The position numbers were made by a program, and so were the translations under genes. The notes beneath the pieces were generated by a model that was not told where the DNA came from, made no database searches, and saw only the letters and a list, made by a program, of their open reading frames with translations. Below are positions 1 to 10,329 of a stretch of DNA of 64,000 nucleotides, piece after piece. The first letter of the stretch is position 1; every line of letters begins with the position of its first letter. The stretch comes from Bdellovibrionota bacterium (GTDB taxonomy: Bacteria > Bdellovibrionota_C > UBA2361 > JBIKWN01), in assembly GCA_044356295.1 (NCBI GenBank), contig JBIKWN010000002.1, forward strand, positions 64,001 to 128,000, given 5' to 3'.

Positions 1-1
1 G

Positions 2-715
2 GAACATCCAGAACATTGGTTTCATACCAACACCGTTGCTCTAGCTGAATTCATAAACCATATCAGACAACAAAAGTATTTAAAAAAATACCTCCATATC
101 TCTTCACCCGAAGTATATGGTGCATGTGTTGGTACCGTAACTGAAACCGCACCTGTTAATCCAAGCACACCTTATGCAGCATCAAAGGCATCAGCTGATT
201 TACTCCTGTCTGTTTTTTTGAAGCAATATAATTTTCCCGTGGTCACTGTTCGAGCAACAAATGTTTACGGATCCAGACAACAGCTCTTTAAAATTATTCC
301 ACGCACCGCAATTTTTCTAAAACTCGGCAAAACAATTGAACTCCACGGAGGTGGTGAAGCAATTAAATCATATATTCATGTACGCGATGTATCGAATGGT
401 GAGCTCGCTATCTTAGAAAACGGACGTATCGGTGAGCTCTATCACTTATCTCCAGACCAAGGAATTTCAGTAAAAGACGTAGTAAAAACTATTTGTGATG
501 TTTCAGGAAAAGATTTTTCAACTGCAACAAAAATAGTCCCTGAGCGCCCTGGACAAGATGCTGCATATGTAATTGATTCGTCTAAAGCTAGAAACGCATT
601 AGGTTGGAAAAGCCAGATAACTATCAATGAGGGTTTAACCGAAGTTATTGAGTGGGTTGATACCTACTGGCAAGAAATTTCAGAGCAGCCGCTGATGTAT
701 ATACATAAAAAGTAG
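2..715 (+). CDS. NAD-dependent nucleotide-sugar epimerase/dehydratase, 5'-truncated by the window edge
   Basis: Frame is open from base 2 (EHPEHWFHTN...HISSPEVYG...PSTPYAASKA, YxxxK motif) and continues into the tracked ORF (NVYG, YIHVRDV, ERPGQDAAY). Confidence 0.85.
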   Translation, partial: EHPEHWFHTNTVALAEFINHIRQQKYLKKYLHISSPEVYGACVGTVTETAPVNPSTPYAASKASADLLLSVFLKQYNFPVVTVRATNVYGSRQQLFKIIPRTAIFLKLGKTIELHGGGEAIKSYIHVRDVSNGELAILENGRIGELYHLSPDQGISVKDVVKTICDVSGKDFSTATKIVPERPGQDAAYVIDSSKARNALGWKSQITINEGLTEVIEWVDTYWQEISEQPLMYIHKK

Positions 716-717
716 AG

Positions 718-1749
718 CTACATCTGGATTATGGGTCGAACGGTTTTTCCGTTTTCTAAATCATTGAGAGCTCCATTAATTTGCTCTAGCGTGTATGTAT
801 TCGATGACAAAGGTTCCAATGAAAAATCGCCGTGCATTAAACATTCACAATAATTTGGGAAATCTTCATCAGGTTTAGTATTCCCTCCCCATGTGCCTCT
901 TATTTGCTTACCCATATTGAAATGTTTTGGATCTATGGTAAGCATTTGATCATGATGTGCATTACCAATCACAACAGAAATTCCACCCTGTGGACGAACA
1001 ATTTCAAAAGCATTTCGCATTACATGAGGTAATCCAGTAGCCTCGACAGTAACATCAACTCCACCTTTTATAATTTCTTTAATTGCCTCTATCGGATCTG
1101 AATTCCCATCAACACAGTGAGTTGAACCCATTATTTTTGCAACTTCGAGTTTGGATTTATTAATATCAACCGTAATTATATGTGATGCTTTTGCCATCTT
1201 TGCAGCAGCAACAGCACAAAGACCAATTCCACCCACACCAAATACCGCCACGGACTGCCCTGCTTTTACTTCCGCAACGCGGAAGACGGATCCCATTCCA
1301 GTTGCTACAGCACATCCAATCATTGTGCCTTGAGAAAGATCCATTCCAACAGGCATTTTAGTTAAACGATTTTCGCTTATCACTGCATGACTACAAAATG
1401 TAGTCACTGCTCCAGCATTTATAATTTGATTATTAGAACCACGGTATTGAGTTCCCGGTACATCAAGACCACTACCTTTAATCCAGGACATTAAAACTGG
1501 ATCTCCAGATTGAATTTTTGTAACTCCCTGTCCAACCTCTAATACGATTCCCGTGCCTTCATGTCCCATGCAATGTGGAAGAAATTTATCAATCCCTTTA
1601 TACCCACGTGCTTCTAAAATTTGTGTATGGCACACACCACTGAATGCAATTTGTACAAGCACTTGACCCTTTTGAAGTACTGGGATTTCAAGCAATTCAA
1701 TTTCTAATGGTTTTCCAGTTTCTATTAAAACCGCAGCAGTCGCTTTCAT
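718..1749 (-). CDS. Zn-dependent alcohol dehydrogenase (MDR family)
   Basis: GVCHT, GHEGTG, GCAVATG and GVGGIG motifs. Confidence 0.9.
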   Translation of the reverse strand: MKATAAVLIETGKPLEIELLEIPVLQKGQVLVQIAFSGVCHTQILEARGYKGIDKFLPHCMGHEGTGIVLEVGQGVTKIQSGDPVLMSWIKGSGLDVPGTQYRGSNNQIINAGAVTTFCSHAVISENRLTKMPVGMDLSQGTMIGCAVATGMGSVFRVAEVKAGQSVAVFGVGGIGLCAVAAAKMAKASHIITVDINKSKLEVAKIMGSTHCVDGNSDPIEAIKEIIKGGVDVTVEATGLPHVMRNAFEIVRPQGGISVVIGNAHHDQMLTIDPKHFNMGKQIRGTWGGNTKPDEDFPNYCECLMHGDFSLEPLSSNTYTLEQINGALNDLENGKTVRPIIQM

Positions 1750-1750
1750 C

Positions 1751-2758
1751 TTACTTCAGATTTGCTTGTTGCACTGTTTTAATATTGTGATAACGCGGAT
1801 TATTCATTGGATCCGTAATTTTTCCGGCAGCAAATGCATCTGCAAGATCTTTTACCGCATCTTGCACCCTTCGTTTGGGTTCATAATTGAGCTCCTTTTT
1901 TATCTTATCAGAGCATATATGATATGAACGGAGATCATTTGTTGGCTCAGCAGAAATTTCAACATGAGGACCAACAACACTTTTTACGAGATCAGCAATT
2001 TCAAACAAAGTATAATTTTTATATCCAACATTATATATCTTTCCGTGAATCTGTTCATGGCTCCAGCGAAGAGCATTCAGATATATATCGCACATATCAT
2101 CAATATGAAGGCTTGGACGTTTTTGCGATCCACCGAATAAGCGAATTTTCTCATTTACTACTGCCGTTGTAGTCAAAATATTAACCGTAATATCAAGTTT
2201 TAAACGGGGTGAATATCCGCATACTGCTGCAGGGCGAACTATAAATGTTGTACAAGAGGAATCCATTTCCTTTACGAGCAGTTCTTCGCACAGCACTTTA
2301 CATTGGGAATAGCCTGTTAATGGCTCTAAGGACAAATCTTCTGTTACTTCTTCTTCGCTCTTCAGTCCATAAACACTTGAAGAAGATGCAAAAATAAACC
2401 GTTTAATTCCTGTTTCTTTGACAAGACGCATCATCATTGGAAAGCAATCATAATTAATAGATTTTCCAACTACTGGATCAAAATCATAACTTGAATCATT
2501 AGAAATACACGCCAGATGAATGACAACATCACAACCCTCTAAAGCTTCTTTAACTGTTTCCTCATTGCGTATATCACCTCTCATGATTTCGAGATGATCA
2601 TGATTTCTTACTGCATCAAGTGAACTTTCATCAAAAATAAAAAGATCAAGTACTCGAACGTGGTATCCCTCATCTAGAAGCTTAGGGATCAGTCGAGAAC
2701 CGACATACCCTGCTCCACCTGGAATAAGTATTTTTTTAAAAGAATTCATATTTTTCAA
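1751..2758 (-). CDS. NAD-dependent nucleotide-sugar epimerase/dehydratase (extended SDR)
   Basis: GGAGYVG, HLA, ASSSSVYG and YSQCK motifs. Confidence 0.88.
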   Translation of the reverse strand: MKNMNSFKKILIPGGAGYVGSRLIPKLLDEGYHVRVLDLFIFDESSLDAVRNHDHLEIMRGDIRNEETVKEALEGCDVVIHLACISNDSSYDFDPVVGKSINYDCFPMMMRLVKETGIKRFIFASSSSVYGLKSEEEVTEDLSLEPLTGYSQCKVLCEELLVKEMDSSCTTFIVRPAAVCGYSPRLKLDITVNILTTTAVVNEKIRLFGGSQKRPSLHIDDMCDIYLNALRWSHEQIHGKIYNVGYKNYTLFEIADLVKSVVGPHVEISAEPTNDLRSYHICSDKIKKELNYEPKRRVQDAVKDLADAFAAGKITDPMNNPRYHNIKTVQQANLK

Positions 2759-3747
2759 TTATTTCTTCCTAGATAAGTATGCCAATCTTTTGTAGCCTCT
2801 TGAATTGAGTTTACATTCCAAACTGGAGCTTCTCTCCAATAGTCAATCACTTCTAACATTTTCTGAACACCTTCTTCAAATGTTACTTTCGATTTCCAAT
2901 TGAGCGCTTTATATATCTTTGTAGTATCTGCAAAAGTACAGTCAGGTTCACCTGGGCGTTTCGGGATGTACTCTATTTTTCCACCTAATAATGAAACAAG
3001 CTTATTAACGCTGTAAGTTGCACCACTTCCAACATTAAAAATTTCACCGCTATAATCAGAGCATGCAGCGGTTACAACTGCATCAACAACATCAGTTACA
3101 TAAGTAAAATCCCTTGTTTGGGTTCCGTCACCAACAACAGTAAAAGGTTTACCATGTATTTTTTGAGCTAAAAAAACACCAAATACCGCGCCATATGTTC
3201 CTGATGTTCTTGAACGAGGTCCATAAACATTGAAAAAACGCATTGATACAGCTGGAATTCCATATACCTGACTCCAATGCATTACATAGGACTCACCAAT
3301 ATATTTTGTTAAAGCATAGGGATACATAGGACGAATAGGTGTATCTTCAGGAGTTGGATATTGGTCAGGAATACCGTAACAACTTGATGAAGCTGCATAG
3401 ATAAACCGTTTAACTTGCGCGAGCTTAGCAGCTTCTAATACAGAAACAGTGCCATCGACGTTAGAGCGATGATACTTCACTGGATGTTGTATTGATGGGA
3501 CAATGTCGGCAAGAGCGGCAAGATGAAATACCCAATCAACTCCAATGAAATCATCTTTGATCTCTTCAAAATTATTGATATCTGTAATATGAATATTTAA
3601 ACGAGGATTCTCTTTAAGAAATTCAAGATTAAGAAGTCGTCCAGTTGAAAGATTATCAATAACTGTAACAGTGTGCCCATCATTGAGAAGTCGTTCAACA
3701 AGATGACTTCCAATAAATCCTGCTCCTCCAGTAACCAGTGTTTTCAT
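2755..3747 (-). CDS. UDP-glucose 4-epimerase-like extended SDR
   Basis: TGGAGFIGSH, HLAA, YALTK, FFNVYGPR and GDGTQTRDF motifs. Confidence 0.9.
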   Translation of the reverse strand: MKTLVTGGAGFIGSHLVERLLNDGHTVTVIDNLSTGRLLNLEFLKENPRLNIHITDINNFEEIKDDFIGVDWVFHLAALADIVPSIQHPVKYHRSNVDGTVSVLEAAKLAQVKRFIYAASSSCYGIPDQYPTPEDTPIRPMYPYALTKYIGESYVMHWSQVYGIPAVSMRFFNVYGPRSRTSGTYGAVFGVFLAQKIHGKPFTVVGDGTQTRDFTYVTDVVDAVVTAACSDYSGEIFNVGSGATYSVNKLVSLLGGKIEYIPKRPGEPDCTFADTTKIYKALNWKSKVTFEEGVQKMLEVIDYWREAPVWNVNSIQEATKDWHTYLGRNN

Positions 3748-4418
3748 GGATGACTCAGTATCGGGACGACTTTACAATCTTGCTCAAAAACATAATTAGA
3801 GATCATATGGGATACAATCCCAGCTACATCCTCCATAAGTTCATATTGACCAATTTTCGTGGGGATATATATAGATTGTTGTGCTATATGCAGTAACTTA
3901 CCACCATCAAACCCAACTATTCCAAAGGTTTTTGCACCTTTTTTATTTGCATATGAAATGGCGTTTAAAACATTTTTAGAATTTCCAGAAGATGATATCG
4001 CAACAACAACATCATCAGGTTGTAAAATAACTTTTAGTTGCTGAGCAAATACATTGTCATAGCCAAAATCATTTGCTGTTGCACTAAACCAAGGTAAGTT
4101 ATCTCCAAGGCTCATAACCCGAAATAAAAACTCATCCCCTTCAAATTTTTGCTTAGCAAGATCTGCTGCAAGATGTGAGGCGATTGCAGCACTTCCACCA
4201 TTCCCCATTAGAATAATCTGACTGTTTCTAAGACGAGCTGCAATAATTGCATGCATCAATGCTTCAACAGTCGAAATATCAATTAAGTTAAAAATTCGAT
4301 TAATGTTATTCGTATAATTTGTAAAGAATGCATGAAATGCATTTTCTGGAAGTACCGATTTCTCGATCTGAGTTTCTAACTTTGAGGCATCAGATTTAAG
4401 CTTATATTTTAACTTCAT
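3744..4418 (-). CDS. gmhA: SIS-domain phosphosugar isomerase, GmhA (sedoheptulose-7-phosphate isomerase)-like
   Basis: GNGGSAA, ANDFGYDNVF, ISSSGNSKN and GFDGGKL motifs. Confidence 0.8.
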   Translation of the reverse strand: MKLKYKLKSDASKLETQIEKSVLPENAFHAFFTNYTNNINRIFNLIDISTVEALMHAIIAARLRNSQIILMGNGGSAAIASHLAADLAKQKFEGDEFLFRVMSLGDNLPWFSATANDFGYDNVFAQQLKVILQPDDVVVAISSSGNSKNVLNAISYANKKGAKTFGIVGFDGGKLLHIAQQSIYIPTKIGQYELMEDVAGIVSHMISNYVFEQDCKVVPILSHP

Positions 4419-4570
4419 TTGGTGCCTCCACTTTCTTGTGAACTATTCAATTATTAAGATGAGAGTTTCTAGAAAATGAACCATGAAAAAAATTCAAACA
4501 AATCCAATATATAGAGCCTAATAAAACATAGCAATATACAATTTGAACATCGTTTGTTTATAAAAGTAGC

Positions 4571-6100
4571 TTATTTGAGTATGGCTGTAAGGTGTCTTTT
4601 TAATAGAGCATAATCAAGGGAACTACGATGACCCACGGTTTTTACCGCTTCTGAACCTGCAATATTACCGATAAGGGCAAGTATTTCAGGATGAGCGCCA
4701 ACTGCAGCAAGTGGAGAGGTGACTGCAAGAACGGCATCCCCCGACCCAACACGGTCAACAACGCTTTGGGTAAAACCGGGACCTTCTGCTAATCCGTTGT
4801 CTTGATTGAGGCACATAATCCCATGTCGCCCCTTAGTTAATGTCACCGTTGGGCATGAAATACGGCCCATCAAGTTATGGAGCAGCGAAATAGAGTCTTC
4901 TTCTCTGTTGCGCATTTCAAGCCTTAGTTCCCCTTCTGATAAAGAAACATAATCGGCTCGAGGATATCTGGAAATTGTATGTAACCCTCTATTGCCCGCA
5001 TTTGCCTGCGTATTAACACAGAGAAACTTTGCTTTAGCACAAAGAAGTTCAATTGCAGCTTTACTAAGCATGCCATGACCATAATCAGCTACAATCACTA
5101 CGTCATATTGAGGAAGAATATTTTCAAGGGTTTCTAAAAGTTCAATTTCTTCAGCATTATTTTGTTCAGAATCATCAATAAAATAAACTTCAAATAACTT
5201 TTGAAGGAGATAATTATCAACATATCGAAGCTTAGTAATTGTTGGTTTACCTTTTTGCGCGAGAAAAGTTGCATTAATATTCTCTTTTAATTTTCCGCGA
5301 ATAAATTCTTCTTGTGAATTAATTTCTCCTAAACACGAAAGCATGCCCACATTCTTACAAAATCCTGCAACGTGATTTGCAATCGCTAATACTCCCCCAG
5401 CAAACTGTTCGCTTGAAAGGGAACGTGTGACGAGAACGGGCTCTTTCCCAGCTTTTCCAATAGCCTCTACGTAATGATATTCATCAATTATAGTCTCACC
5501 TATAATAAGGACACTTAAGTTATTAGCCCTCTCAAATAATGATGTAATATCTGATAACGAATACTTTGCTCTAATTTGCTCAAGGTATGTATGGATACCT
5601 GAAGAACTGTGAGGGAAAAATTTATTTAAAAGATTTGTGGAACTAAATTGAATGTCATTGGTAAAAACTAATGAACCTCCGTGTAGCTCCACTTCTTGGA
5701 TTTCAATTACAAGTTTACCAGGCGTATCAAGAGTTCGGTTTGCATAGTCAGGACCCTTCACGTAAAAGTTTGGTTTAATAGCTTTAATCGCAGGAACAGC
5801 ACTTGCTGCGTAATTAATACTAACCAGATCTACTGATTCAAGAGCTGCAAGCGCTTCTGCACGAAGTGCTTGCGTAAAAGCAGGTCGATGAGGTCCTTTA
5901 TTGACGAATTCATCGGCGGTAATCGTAACTACTAATATGTCTCCGAAGCTTTTTGCTTCCTGAAAGTGCCTTATATGCCCAATGTGCAAGAGATCAAAAA
6001 CACCGTGGCAATGTACAATTGTTTTACCTTGGTTCTTATAGGCCTGAAGTTTAGCACTTAGATCTTCAAGGATGTGGATTTTATCTTTGACTTCTGCCAT
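4571..6100 (-). CDS. Bifunctional nucleotidyltransferase / PfkB sugar kinase (HldE/RfaE-like, transferase domain N-terminal)
   Basis: N-terminal HGVFDLLHIGH (HIGH motif) and KGPDY; C-terminal DYGHG and DRVGSGD PfkB signature. Confidence 0.85.
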   Translation of the reverse strand: MAEVKDKIHILEDLSAKLQAYKNQGKTIVHCHGVFDLLHIGHIRHFQEAKSFGDILVVTITADEFVNKGPHRPAFTQALRAEALAALESVDLVSINYAASAVPAIKAIKPNFYVKGPDYANRTLDTPGKLVIEIQEVELHGGSLVFTNDIQFSSTNLLNKFFPHSSSGIHTYLEQIRAKYSLSDITSLFERANNLSVLIIGETIIDEYHYVEAIGKAGKEPVLVTRSLSSEQFAGGVLAIANHVAGFCKNVGMLSCLGEINSQEEFIRGKLKENINATFLAQKGKPTITKLRYVDNYLLQKLFEVYFIDDSEQNNAEEIELLETLENILPQYDVVIVADYGHGMLSKAAIELLCAKAKFLCVNTQANAGNRGLHTISRYPRADYVSLSEGELRLEMRNREEDSISLLHNLMGRISCPTVTLTKGRHGIMCLNQDNGLAEGPGFTQSVVDRVGSGDAVLAVTSPLAAVGAHPEILALIGNIAGSEAVKTVGHRSSLDYALLKRHLTAILK

Positions 6101-6201
6101 ATTTGATAATGTGGGTACCCTATTTTTACCTAAAAATTATTGTTATTGTCATATTTGATTAAAATATAAAGCAATACCAGATATTTTTAGCTATAGTTAT
6201 A

Positions 6202-7215
6202 GTGCGATTCAAATTTATGAGTCTTCTTGCCTCGATGAACATCTCAATGAATATCGAACATGATTTGCTAGAAAAATTGTACCTCAAAATGCTTCTTATT
6301 CGGGTAGCCGAAGAAGTAATTGCCGATAGATACGCAGAGCAAGAAATGAGGTGCCCTGTCCACCTTTGTATCGGACAGGAAGCTGTTGCAGCCGGTGTTT
6401 GTGCTAATTTATCTATCAATGATTACGTAATGAGCGGTCACCGCTCTCATGGTCACTACTTAGCTAAAGGCGGTGCACTACGCCAAATGATCTCTGAAAT
6501 ATACGGTAAAGCAACCGGATGCTCTAAAGGGAAAGGAGGATCGATGCATTTAATCGATCTTGCTGTTGGTTTTCTTGGAGCGACTCCAATTGTTGGTAGT
6601 ACCATTCCAATTGGAGTTGGAGCTGCACTTTCCATTAAAATGTCAAAAAGCGATCAGGTATCCGTCATTTTTTTCGGTGAAGGTGCTACTGAAGAAGGTG
6701 TTTTTCACGAATCGCTAAATTTTGCAGCTCTTCATTCTTTACCAGTTGTTTTTGTCTGCGAAAATAATTTTTACTCTGTTTATTCTCCACTCTCTGTTCG
6801 ACAACCTGCAGGACGAACTGTTTCAGATTTTGCAACTGGAAATAAAATTTGGAATAAAGCAGGCGATGGCAATAATGTTGAGCAAGTTTATGAACTCTCA
6901 AATGAAGCAATAAGCTATGCACGTTCTGGCAAAGGTCCAACACTCCTTGAATTTACTACATATCGGTGGAGAGAACATTGTGGACCTGGTTGGGATAACA
7001 CTATTGGATATCGCACGGAACAAGAATATCTAGAGTGGAGAAAACTTTGCCCAATTGAGCGGACTGAAAAAAAACTTCTCTCTCTCGGTATTTCTCAAGC
7101 AACACTATCTTCTTATCACGATGAAATAAAAAATGAAGTAGATAGTGCAATTCAATTCGCGAAAGATAGTCCATTTCCTTCCCCAGCTGAACTCTTCACA
7201 GAGATTTATCGATGA
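6202..7215 (+). CDS. ThDP-dependent dehydrogenase E1 alpha-like subunit (true start may be a downstream Met)
   Basis: HLCIGQEA, HRSHGH, GKGGSMH, GEGA...ENN and TYRWREH motifs. Confidence 0.9.
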   Translation: MRFKFMSLLASMNISMNIEHDLLEKLYLKMLLIRVAEEVIADRYAEQEMRCPVHLCIGQEAVAAGVCANLSINDYVMSGHRSHGHYLAKGGALRQMISEIYGKATGCSKGKGGSMHLIDLAVGFLGATPIVGSTIPIGVGAALSIKMSKSDQVSVIFFGEGATEEGVFHESLNFAALHSLPVVFVCENNFYSVYSPLSVRQPAGRTVSDFATGNKIWNKAGDGNNVEQVYELSNEAISYARSGKGPTLLEFTTYRWREHCGPGWDNTIGYRTEQEYLEWRKLCPIERTEKKLLSLGISQATLSSYHDEIKNEVDSAIQFAKDSPFPSPAELFTEIYR

Positions 7216-8264
7216 GAGAGATTACATTTGCAAAAGCACTGAATGAAGCAACGGATCTCTGCATGTCAGAAGATCCAAATGTATTCATAATGGGGCTTGG
7301 TGTTCCAGACCCTAAAGCAATTTTCGGATCGACTGCTGGACTTCAAAAGAAATACGGTGAAGCCCGTGTTTTTGATATTCCTTGCGCCGAAAATGCAATG
7401 ACAGGGATTGCAATTGGTTCAGCACTTACGGGCAAACGTCCTATCCTTACTCATCAACGTATTGATTTTGCCCTTCTTTCCGTAGAGCAGTTAGTGAATC
7501 AAGCTGCAAAGTGGCATTACATGTTTGGAGCAGCTGCATCAGTACCACTAGTCATTCGGATGATCATAGGTCGAGGCTGGGGACAAGGACCTCAGCATTC
7601 GCAGAGTTTACAAGCACTGTTTGCTCATATTCCTGGCTTAAAGGTTGTAATGCCAACTACTGCGTTTGATGCAAAAGGACTTTTAATTGCAAGCATCCGC
7701 GACAACAATCCGGTAATTTTCTTAGAGCATCGTTGGCTTTATAATTTAACGAGCCATGTCCCAGAAGAGAGTTACGAAATCCCTCTTGGCAAGGCACGAA
7801 TTGTTACCGAAGGAAAAGATATTACAGTTGTGACCTCTTCCCATATGACAGTTGAAGCTATAAAAGCTTCATCAGATTTAGAAAAAGAAGGTATTCATTG
7901 TGAAATTCTCGACCTTAGAAGCATCCGTCCTCTAGACAAAGAGTCAATTCTGAGTTCGGTAAGAAAAACAGGAAGACTGCTGGTTTTAGACTCTGGTTGG
8001 ACATCATTTGGTATATCAGCAGAGATTATGGCAATGGTCTGTGAGAATGAATTCAAACATCTGAAGTGTTCACCTCAAAGGATAGCACTTCCAGACATCC
8101 CTACTCCGACATCACATGCACTTGCTCAGGATTATTATCCAACTTCTTTTGAAATTTCTGATGCTTGTCGTTCGCTTATGGGAGCTCCTACACTACAAAG
8201 AACGTTTAAAGAAGATTCGAAAACACTTGATATTCCTGACTCATCATTTACTGGACCTTTTTAA
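7212..8264 (+). CDS. ThDP-dependent dehydrogenase E1 beta-like subunit
   Basis: DIPCAENA, GPQHSQS, PGLKVV, NPVIFLEH and DLRSIRPLD motifs; ATGA overlap with the alpha gene. Confidence 0.9.
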   Translation: MREITFAKALNEATDLCMSEDPNVFIMGLGVPDPKAIFGSTAGLQKKYGEARVFDIPCAENAMTGIAIGSALTGKRPILTHQRIDFALLSVEQLVNQAAKWHYMFGAAASVPLVIRMIIGRGWGQGPQHSQSLQALFAHIPGLKVVMPTTAFDAKGLLIASIRDNNPVIFLEHRWLYNLTSHVPEESYEIPLGKARIVTEGKDITVVTSSHMTVEAIKASSDLEKEGIHCEILDLRSIRPLDKESILSSVRKTGRLLVLDSGWTSFGISAEIMAMVCENEFKHLKCSPQRIALPDIPTPTSHALAQDYYPTSFEISDACRSLMGAPTLQRTFKEDSKTLDIPDSSFTGPF

Positions 8265-8269
8265 TCTTT

Positions 8270-9469
8270 ATGTCGAAAAATCTTTCAACACTATTTCAGA
8301 GCCGAACCCACTGTGTTGTTTGCAATAATACAAATCTAGAATCTGTTATTTCTCTTCCTCATTTTCCGCTAACTGGAATTTTTGTTGATCCTAAAGAGAG
8401 CAATAGTTATCCAACATTTGATCAAGAGCTTTTAACATGTCCCACGTGTGGACATGCGCAGCTAAAGAACGCAATTGATCCAAATTTTCTTTATAAAGAT
8501 ACCTATACCCACCGTACATCTCCGAGCCCTATCGCTCGAGCTGGCAATGATTTCTTTCACACTTTCTTACGCAAAGTTATTCAAGATAGAAAATTTGAAA
8601 CTGTCCTTGAAGTTGGTTGTAACGATCATTACCTTTTACAAAAGCTTTCGGACATCAGCAAAAATCGTATCGGTATTGATCCAATCCTATCTGCAGATGA
8701 GTTTCAACATTCTTCAGAGATCAAATCAATCGGAAAATTTGTCGAAGATATTGATTGGGAAAATGAATGTCACAGTCCCGATTTAATTCTTTCTGTTCAT
8801 ACCTTTGAACATGTACTGGAGCCACGCAAGGTATTTGAGCCACTTTTTGCAAATGCAAAAGATGGCGCCCTTTTCATTATCGAGGTTCCTGGTTTTGATT
8901 CATTGCTTAATGTAAATCGTTTTGACCAGATCTTTCACCAACATGTGAACTATTACAGCTTGGCTTCGTTTACAGCGCTTATTGATCAACTTGGTGGTAG
9001 TTACCTTACTCATGCTTTTAACTTTGACTATTGGAACGGCACTATGCTTATCGCTTTTGAAAAGAAGGCATCCCGTACAAATCATTCATTTCAAAAAATT
9101 ACTCCTGAACTCATTCAGAATGGATTTAAAAGATTTACTAAAACGCTCTCACAAACAAAAGAACAATTAGATTATCTTTATAGTAATGGTACTAAACTGT
9201 ACGGGTTTGGTGCTGCGCAAATGGTTCCTTGTCTTGCATATCACTTAAACACAGATATGAATGAGTTTGTCTGTATCTACGATGACAATCTTGAAAAAAA
9301 TGGCAAAACCTATCCTGGATTAAAAACAACTATTTCATCAACGAATGATTTTTCAACGATTAAAGAAGGAGCAGTCCTCGTAACTGCACTTGATAGTGCA
9401 AGAAAAATTATTCCTCGACTCATACAACTTCAAGCGCGTTATATTTTTCAACCCCTTCCAGTATTGTAA
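8270..9469 (+). CDS. NDP-sugar C-methyltransferase-like protein
   Basis: CVVC...CPTCGHAQL zinc site, EVGCND SAM motif, HTFEHV, FDQIFHQHVNYY and C-terminal YGFGAA. Confidence 0.8.
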   Translation: MSKNLSTLFQSRTHCVVCNNTNLESVISLPHFPLTGIFVDPKESNSYPTFDQELLTCPTCGHAQLKNAIDPNFLYKDTYTHRTSPSPIARAGNDFFHTFLRKVIQDRKFETVLEVGCNDHYLLQKLSDISKNRIGIDPILSADEFQHSSEIKSIGKFVEDIDWENECHSPDLILSVHTFEHVLEPRKVFEPLFANAKDGALFIIEVPGFDSLLNVNRFDQIFHQHVNYYSLASFTALIDQLGGSYLTHAFNFDYWNGTMLIAFEKKASRTNHSFQKITPELIQNGFKRFTKTLSQTKEQLDYLYSNGTKLYGFGAAQMVPCLAYHLNTDMNEFVCIYDDNLEKNGKTYPGLKTTISSTNDFSTIKEGAVLVTALDSARKIIPRLIQLQARYIFQPLPVL

Positions 9470-9471
9470 GC

Positions 9472-10329
9472 ATGATCAAGAAACGTGTCGCAATTTTAGG
9501 AAGCGGGAATATCGGCATGGACCTGCTCTATAAGGTGATGCGCTCTCCAATCCTAACATGTACCGCTCTTGCAGGTAGAAACTCTCAAAGTAATGGCCTT
9601 CAGTTAGCACGTTCACTCGGAATTACAACGTATGATCGAGGTATAGAATCGCTCATTGAAAATCAAAACTCATTCGACATTGCTTTTGATGCCACAAGTG
9701 CTGCTGATCACCTCATTCATTGGCCAATATTTCAACGACTCGGAAAGAAAGTTGTCGATATGACACCCTCTCGAATTGGTGAAATGATTATTCCTGCTAT
9801 AAATATCGATCAAGCTAGCAAACATCAGAACGTAAATATGGTTAGTTGTGGAGGACAAGCATCACTTCCTCTAGCCTATGCAATTGCGAAAACTCAAAAA
9901 AATATTGAGTATATAGAAGTAGTATCAAGTATTGCTTCTAAAAGCGCAGGGTTAGCAACGCGAGCAAATATAGATGAATACATTCATACAACTGAAGATG
10001 CATTACGTACCTTTACAAAATGTCCTGTCGCAAAAGCAATTTTAATTTTAAATCCTGCCCAACCCCCTATCAATATGCAAACAACGGTCAGTGCAAAACT
10101 TAAAGAACCTGACCTTACTTCTTTACAACCTGTAATAAATGATATTGTTGATTCAATAAAAAAATATGTACCTGGATACGATATGATTGTTCCTCCAGTG
10201 TATGAACAAGACCGAATTGTAGTTATGGTAAAAGTTACAGGGCTTGGTGATTATTTGCCAACATACGCTGGCAATTTAGATATTATTAATTGTGCTGCAA
10301 TTATAACTGCTGAAAAATTTGAATTATAA
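9472..10329 (+). CDS. mhpF: Acetaldehyde dehydrogenase (acetylating), DmpF/MhpF family
   Basis: GSGNIG, FDATSA, NVNMVSCGGQA, SAGLATRANIDEY and GDYLPTYAGNLDII motifs. Confidence 0.92.
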   Translation: MIKKRVAILGSGNIGMDLLYKVMRSPILTCTALAGRNSQSNGLQLARSLGITTYDRGIESLIENQNSFDIAFDATSAADHLIHWPIFQRLGKKVVDMTPSRIGEMIIPAINIDQASKHQNVNMVSCGGQASLPLAYAIAKTQKNIEYIEVVSSIASKSAGLATRANIDEYIHTTEDALRTFTKCPVAKAILILNPAQPPINMQTTVSAKLKEPDLTSLQPVINDIVDSIKKYVPGYDMIVPPVYEQDRIVVMVKVTGLGDYLPTYAGNLDIINCAAIITAEKFEL

